DNA of 64,000 nt from contig NC_089430.1 in assembly GCF_026210795.1 (NCBI RefSeq), positions 2,914,001 to 2,978,000 on the forward strand, given 5' to 3'. The notes under the pieces are model-generated. The model saw nothing but the letters and a program-made list of their open reading frames with translations, was not told where the DNA came from and did no database searches. Origin of the DNA: Rhizophagus irregularis (taxonomy: Eukaryota). The translations under genes and the position numbers were made by a program. Of this stretch, positions 58,339 through 64,000 are shown in pieces. Position 1 is the first letter of the stretch. Every line of letters begins with the position of its first letter.

Positions 58339-59299
58339 TTAGTCATCTAGTTCATCTTGATCTTTGTTATCAAGTTTACGTTGTTGAACTTTTTTCGCTT
58401 TAGTATTAGCTATGACACCAAAAACAAATCTAATATAAAAAATTAAAAATAAATGAATTATTAATTACTTGTGATAAAACAAAAAGCGTAAATGAGAAGA
58501 CTTACCCAACAAGATTAAAAAATGGTACCCATAACTGTGGAGGCAAGAATCTTTGAGCGAAACCCATTGCCATTGGTGAAACGATCCAACTCATCTTCAT
58601 AATAGGCCATAAAGACTTTCTAACCGTTTTTCTTATTTGAGCTGGATCATTTATACCTCCGATGACTGCCATGGCAATTAAATATACTGAATAAGAGGAA
58701 ATTAAATTATCGTGAGTAAATACAAAAACCGATCAAAAGTTATCAATTTATCACATAATAAGAATTGACATAATCGCGAAAAAAAAACATACCTGTATTT
58801 TGAATCGGAGTGATGATTAATTGAGATGTAAGAATTTGCATCAATTTGGAACTATCACCGGTACGATTTTTAAATAATTTATTAAGCATCTCAAAAAGTA
58901 AATGGTTAAGAGGTCCACTTACCAAGAAACCTAGAATGTTTTTAAATGATCAATCAAAATAATAATAATAATAATAAAATAAAATAAAATAAAATAGTAT
59001 TTTCTCAATTATATTTAATACTCAATTAAGCAAAAATACACACCATACAAGGCCATTTTTAAGATTTTTTCATCAATAAGATTACTTTGGTCTATTTCTT
59101 TGGCTTTTCCCTTTCTTCTCCTACTTGTTCCGCTTAACTCCTGAGCAACAAATTCTTGAAGACCCGATAACACCCCTGAAGTTATTGCTTTTGTTCTTAA
59201 AGGGTTTGTATGTAATTGTTGAAGGTAAAGTGCCAACAAATACGATGGAAAAGATTGAGACTTTTCTTTAATAGGAACAGGTTTCGACTGTGCAGTCAT
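58339..59299 (-). CDS. Mpv17/PMP22 family membrane protein (PXMP2-like)
   Basis: YLQQLHTNPLRTKAITSG, MALYG, SGPLNH, QLIITPIQN, SWIVSP...AQRFLPPQLWVPFFNLV; multi-exon. Confidence 0.9.
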
Positions 59300-59573
59300 A
59301 TTTATTATTATATATTAAAAAAAAGACGAAAATGAGAAAAAATGAAAGGAATGGCGTTATTATATGATGATGGTCATTTCATCGGCAGATCAACTGATTG
59401 TAACACAATTTATGGAGATCATAAACGTTTTTTCTTAAAGATTATTTTTATTATTAATAATGTAAAATAGTAAATAGTATGAATAGTATGAATTTATCGA
59501 TATCTTTACATCCAATCGATTACGTAATCCTAAAACCAGTTTTAAGATTACTTGCTTTGGATTTTATATAGTA

Positions 59574-60692
59574 CTATACTAAAAAAGTTAAAAAAATCAA
59601 ATCTCCCATGGTATCATAACCGTAAGGTGTTAAATGAATACCATCAGGTTGATAATACGTTGAGTTATTAGGAATTTTACTTGCTATATCAAACGGTGTT
59701 ACTTTAGGATCTGTATAGTTTCTATAAAAAAAAGTATATTATTTAAATTATAATAACGATATAAAAATGTAAAAATTTATACACATTGTGTCAATTCTAA
59801 CCTTATCAAATCATTTATTTGAAGTCTTGTCGGTTCATGCTCATCCTAAACATAATAAATATATACATAAGAAAGTAAAAAGATTAAAGTGTTAAGATAC
59901 GAACGTTTTTTAAAGATTTTCATAATAATAACTTACATTATTAAAATCTAGAATAGTTAAAGCTAATACATTTGCACCACTACTTTCACAAATAAGATAA
60001 AGATTTTTTAATGCAGCAAATATTTTATCAGATTTATAGCGGTTAAAACAATCATTTGTCCCTAAAAATAAGAGGAGAAATTAAAAAAATTTATTATAAA
60101 ATAGAATTAAATATATTTCAACAAGGCCATAAATGTTATTGTTTTCAGCAAATGTTTGTTCTTTATGCAATGTATTCTAGAAGTGATCCAGTCATCCAGT
60201 TACAAAATATTAAATAATGCTGAGTATATAGAATTCAACAAGGCTAAACAAATAACAAAATGTGAAAAAAAAAATTTTCGCGAGAAAAAAAAATCTCGTT
60301 ACCTCCTAATATGACAACCCAATCGAAAGATTTTCCCTTTGCAGCTTGTTGCTTTAAAGATTCACGAAGACGTCTTTCGAATCTTCCATCTACTACGCGA
60401 TCTCCTGATTGTCCGTTTACAACTATCTATATTTTTTAGTTTAAGCCAAAGAAAGGTTTATTATGCGAAAAAAAAGACATTTAGACATTTAAAAATTTTT
60501 TTATTTTACGTCAGCTTGTATTGAAGCTTTCTCAAAATCTTTCTTCAGTTGAATCGCATAAGGATGATATGTTTGATTGCGCTGAGTATATCCTACTGTC
60601 AAAGAATCTCCTAATAAAAGGATTGAAACTTGAGAAACAACAATCGCAACGTTTAACAAAATGAATAATAAAATATACTTAAATGAATTCAT
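59574..60692 (-). CDS. Secreted SGNH/GDSL hydrolase
   Basis: Signal peptide, then GDSLTVG, GQSGD, GGTND and DGIH blocks across 5 exons. Confidence 0.88.
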
Positions 60693-60808
60693 TGTGATTT
60701 TCTAGATTCACTTTTTTTCTATACAGCATATGTTTATAAATAAAATAATAAAATTGGCTAACTTATGATACTCCCATTTTGGGTTTCTTTCACTTTATTA
60801 TATCAGTC

Positions 60809-61070
60809 AACCATTAACTTAAATTCGCGTTTTTATTTTCACTTTATTCTATTAATATGGAAGAATCGGATTAAAAAACCATTAACTTAAATTCGCGTTT
60901 TTTTTTAATTTCTTTTCACTTTATTCCATTAATATGAAAAGCATCGGATTAAAAAGGTTCACCAACTATTAACTTAAATTCGCGTTTTTTTAATTCCTTT
61001 TCACCTTGCTCCGTTCATATGAAAAGAATAAGGTTCGCCAATCATTAACTTAAATTCGCGTTTTTTTTTT
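60809..61070. repeat. Four-unit degenerate tandem repeat with invariant attaacttaaattcgcgtttt core in the SGNH/MET14 divergent promoter
   Basis: Core starts at 60813, 60881, 60968 and 61044. Confidence 0.85.
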
Positions 61071-61247
61071 TAGTTAAAAAAAAAATTTTAGCCCCCGTAG
61101 CGCCCCGTATTTTTGTATTACATACATTAATCTCAGATTCTCGGATCGAAGATCACATAAAAGTAACTTTATCCGATATGTAAAAAAAAAAAAGTTATAT
61201 ATCCTTAATATTCTTATTTTAATTTTTAAAAGAACTTAAACTTATTT

Positions 61248-62181
61248 ATGATGTCTACAAATATTACTTGGCATGAAGGACAAGTAACTCGTTCAGAACG
61301 AGAAAATTTACTTAAACAAAAAGGTTTAACGATTTGGTTTACCGGACTTTCCGCTTCTGGTAAATCAACTTTAGCAAGTGTTCTAGAACAACATTTATTA
61401 CATTTAGGTATATCTAGTTATAGACTTGATGGTGATAATATTAGATTTGGATTGAATAAAAATTTAGGCTTTGGTCCGGATGATCGTACTGAGAATATTC
61501 GTAGAATTGCAGAAGTAAGTTAAATAATATTTTAAATTTCTTTTACAGTCAATGTTAATTACGTAAGTTTAACTAAAATCCAAATAATAAATAATTGGAC
61601 TTATAAAAAATGCCAACACTGTTTATTAATTTACTTATAAATTCATTATTCTTAATATTGAATTAGGTTGCAAAACTTTTTGCGGATTCTACAACAATTG
61701 CGTTGACTTCTTTTATTTCACCATATAAAGCTGATCGTGATTCTGCAAGAAAATTGCATGAAGATAATGGTATCCCATTTATCGAGGTTTTTGTTGATGC
61801 ACCTCTAGAAGTTGTTGAACAACGTGATCCAAAAGGTTTATATAAAAAAGCAAAAGCCGGGGAAATCAAGGGTATTTATTTTTTATTCATATTTTACATA
61901 AAATTCATAAAGTCATTGAATAGGATAAACAATTAAATTGTATTTATAGAATTTACCGGTATTTCTTCTCCATATGAACCACCAACATCTCCTGAGTTAC
62001 ATATTCAAACTGATAAAACTACAATAGAAGAAAGTGTAAAGGTATGGTTCTTTTATATATTTAATATATGCAAAATTAATTAATTAAATAATATTTTTTA
62101 TTTTTTTATTTTTTTTTAATTTTTTATTAACAGATTTTAGTGAATTATCTAAAGGAAAAAAAATATATTTCTACATTATAA
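61248..62181 (+). CDS. MET14: Adenylyl-sulfate (APS) kinase
   Basis: [53 protein letters not shown]; multi-exon. Confidence 0.96.
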
Positions 62182-62396
62182 ATAATTATGTAAAATGCTA
62201 AATCTCAATAAATCAAGTTTTTTTAATGATTTAAAAAGCGTATAACAAATGTTTATATAAAAAAAAGTTCAAAATTTTCAATTGTTAATTTAAAAAATAA
62301 ATATGATATTTAACGTCTCCATCAAGGAGACGATAATCTTTTTTTACGTCTATATATGAATCTGTCAAATTATTGTAACGAATATTATTTTACATC

Positions 62397-64000
62397 TTAA
62401 CTCCAGACATCTTCTTGATATCTTCCTTTGCTTCTTAAATCTTTAACATAATTTGTTGCACTAGTTTCATCCATTCCGCCACATGATTGAGCAAGTTGAC
62501 CAAGGGCCGTATTAACGTCACGTGCCATATTTTTGGCATCACTGTAGTTAAAAATTAATTTGTATTTAGTAATCAAACTTTTTGATCGCACGAAAAAAAA
62601 ATTATTATGATATATGATACCATACCCGCATACATAGAAATAACCACCAAGATTATGAATCAAATGCCAAATATGTGAACCATTCTCATGAAATTTATGT
62701 TGTACATATACTTTTTGTGACTAATAACAAAAACAAATATAATTTAGTAATCAAGAAGAAAAATTTTTTTAAATATAAATAAAATTCCTTTATTAAAAAA
62801 TAGCATACCTGTTCTCTTGAGAATGCTGTTATTAATTTTCCACTTTCACCGAGAGTGGCAAATAATTCGGTAAATTCATTTTGATATAAAAAGTCCTCAT
62901 CCCGTTTTCGACAACCGAAAAACAATACTGTTTCGCCGACTTCCTCTCCTTGAGCCTTAACAAGTGCTCTCTCGATAACGAATCCTCGAAAAGGTGCTAC
63001 ACCAGTGCCAGGGCCAACCATTACAACAGGAAGTTTTGAATTTTTGGGTAATTTGAAATTAGTATGCCTAACATGTAAAGGCATCTTAATCAAGTTGGTT
63101 CCCTCATCATAATATTTATTTCTTGGTCCAGAATATAAATAGGATGGTGATGTTTCTGGATGTTGAATATTTCTTAATTTACGATGAACTTGCAGTATAT
63201 AATTTGTTGCAAGACCGTATACTTTCCTTTGAGGGGTTGTTTTGGGATTATAGGATAATATGGAGGCAGTAACATGAATTGTCTTTGGTGTAGATTTTGA
63301 AGAGCTTGAAATTGAATAATATCTGGGCTGTACTCTTGGGAGGATTTCAACAACAAATTCTAGAGGGATAGAATCTAAAGGTTTTCCATTTGGAGAAATA
63401 GACTCCAAAAGTTCACCTAAGGAAAGGTGAGCATCAGAGACTTCAATTCTATAAGATTCTTTGTCTGAACCCAAATTAGTGAGCCTAGCTTTGCCTTCTT
63501 CCGTTGACACAAAGGTAGCTAGGGTGGCAATAGATTGGCGAGAAATTGGAGCATGAATATCAAGATAATATCTGAAAATAGTAGCATAAGTTGCTGGAAC
63601 TGGGAATGTATATTTCTTAGTTGTCGATGCTAAAAAGATTTTTTTTTAAAAAAAAAAATCATTATTTAATAAATATTGTAAATACATTAATAATTGCTTT
63701 TGAAAAATAACAAATTATAGTTATGTTCATACTTACGATCAATACTTTCAACCGAGACGATAGTGTCTCTCTTTTCCCAAATACCCAATATTTTAAGTAA
63801 TCTCTCAACATCTTGTTCGGCATTCATGGGCCAAACAGCAACGTGATCACCAGTCTCATATTCAAGACCAGATCCGCTAATGTCAAATTCCATATGAACG
63901 CAGTTACGATCTGTCATATTAGTATTGAAGAGCTCATGAGTAGCAACAATTGGAGAGAAATAAGGATTTCTTGCATCATAAGTTGGACGACTAAATAAGG
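62397..64000 (-). CDS. NCP1: NADPH-cytochrome P450 reductase (3' part; 5' end lies outside the window)
   Basis: RNCVHMEFDI, YETGDH, PRYYSISSS, MVGPGTGVAPFRGF, FFGCR, YVCGDAKNMA, RYQEDVWS. Confidence 0.95.

Noticed and set aside
60809..61070. CRISPR-like array
   Set aside because: Spacers are homologous to each other, there are no cas genes, and the context is eukaryotic.
62314..62333. Hairpin cgtctcc-atcaa-ggagacg between converging MET14 and NCP1
   Set aside because: A single 7-bp stem can occur by chance, and intrinsic terminators are not expected for Pol II genes.

Overview
Very AT-rich, intron-containing fungal DNA. Gene content and style fit an arbuscular mycorrhizal fungus (Glomeromycotina, Rhizophagus-like); this is inferred, not searched. 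The left flank holds a PX-domain AGC kinase (3.5-6.6 kb). The right flank (51-64 kb) is gene-dense: divergent histone H4 variant, SelO, UBTD, COX6, Mpv17/PMP22, secreted SGNH hydrolase, MET14 and a partial NADPH-P450 reductase. Between them lies a ~43 kb transposon island with nested MITEs, an intact MULE transposase, a pogo element, an internally deleted Tc1/IS630 element and an old segmental duplication (13.8-28.1 kb vs 36.3-41.8 kb). Main findings: (1) a compact Academ/DUF6589-like TIR transposon (THAP-like finger, DDE, RING, 9-bp TSD) that has inserted into itself, leaving the junctions expected from a hybrid-end, sister-chromatid transposition; (2) a decayed gene with a reversed (PCxxC before CAE) deaminase-like zinc motif near two nearly identical SUKH/US22-like genes, a possible deaminase/immunity pair; (3) an H4 variant with Met at the K16 position and an alternating-His tail; (4) strongly directional C:G>T:A decay of duplicated repeat DNA that spares the duplicated gene.
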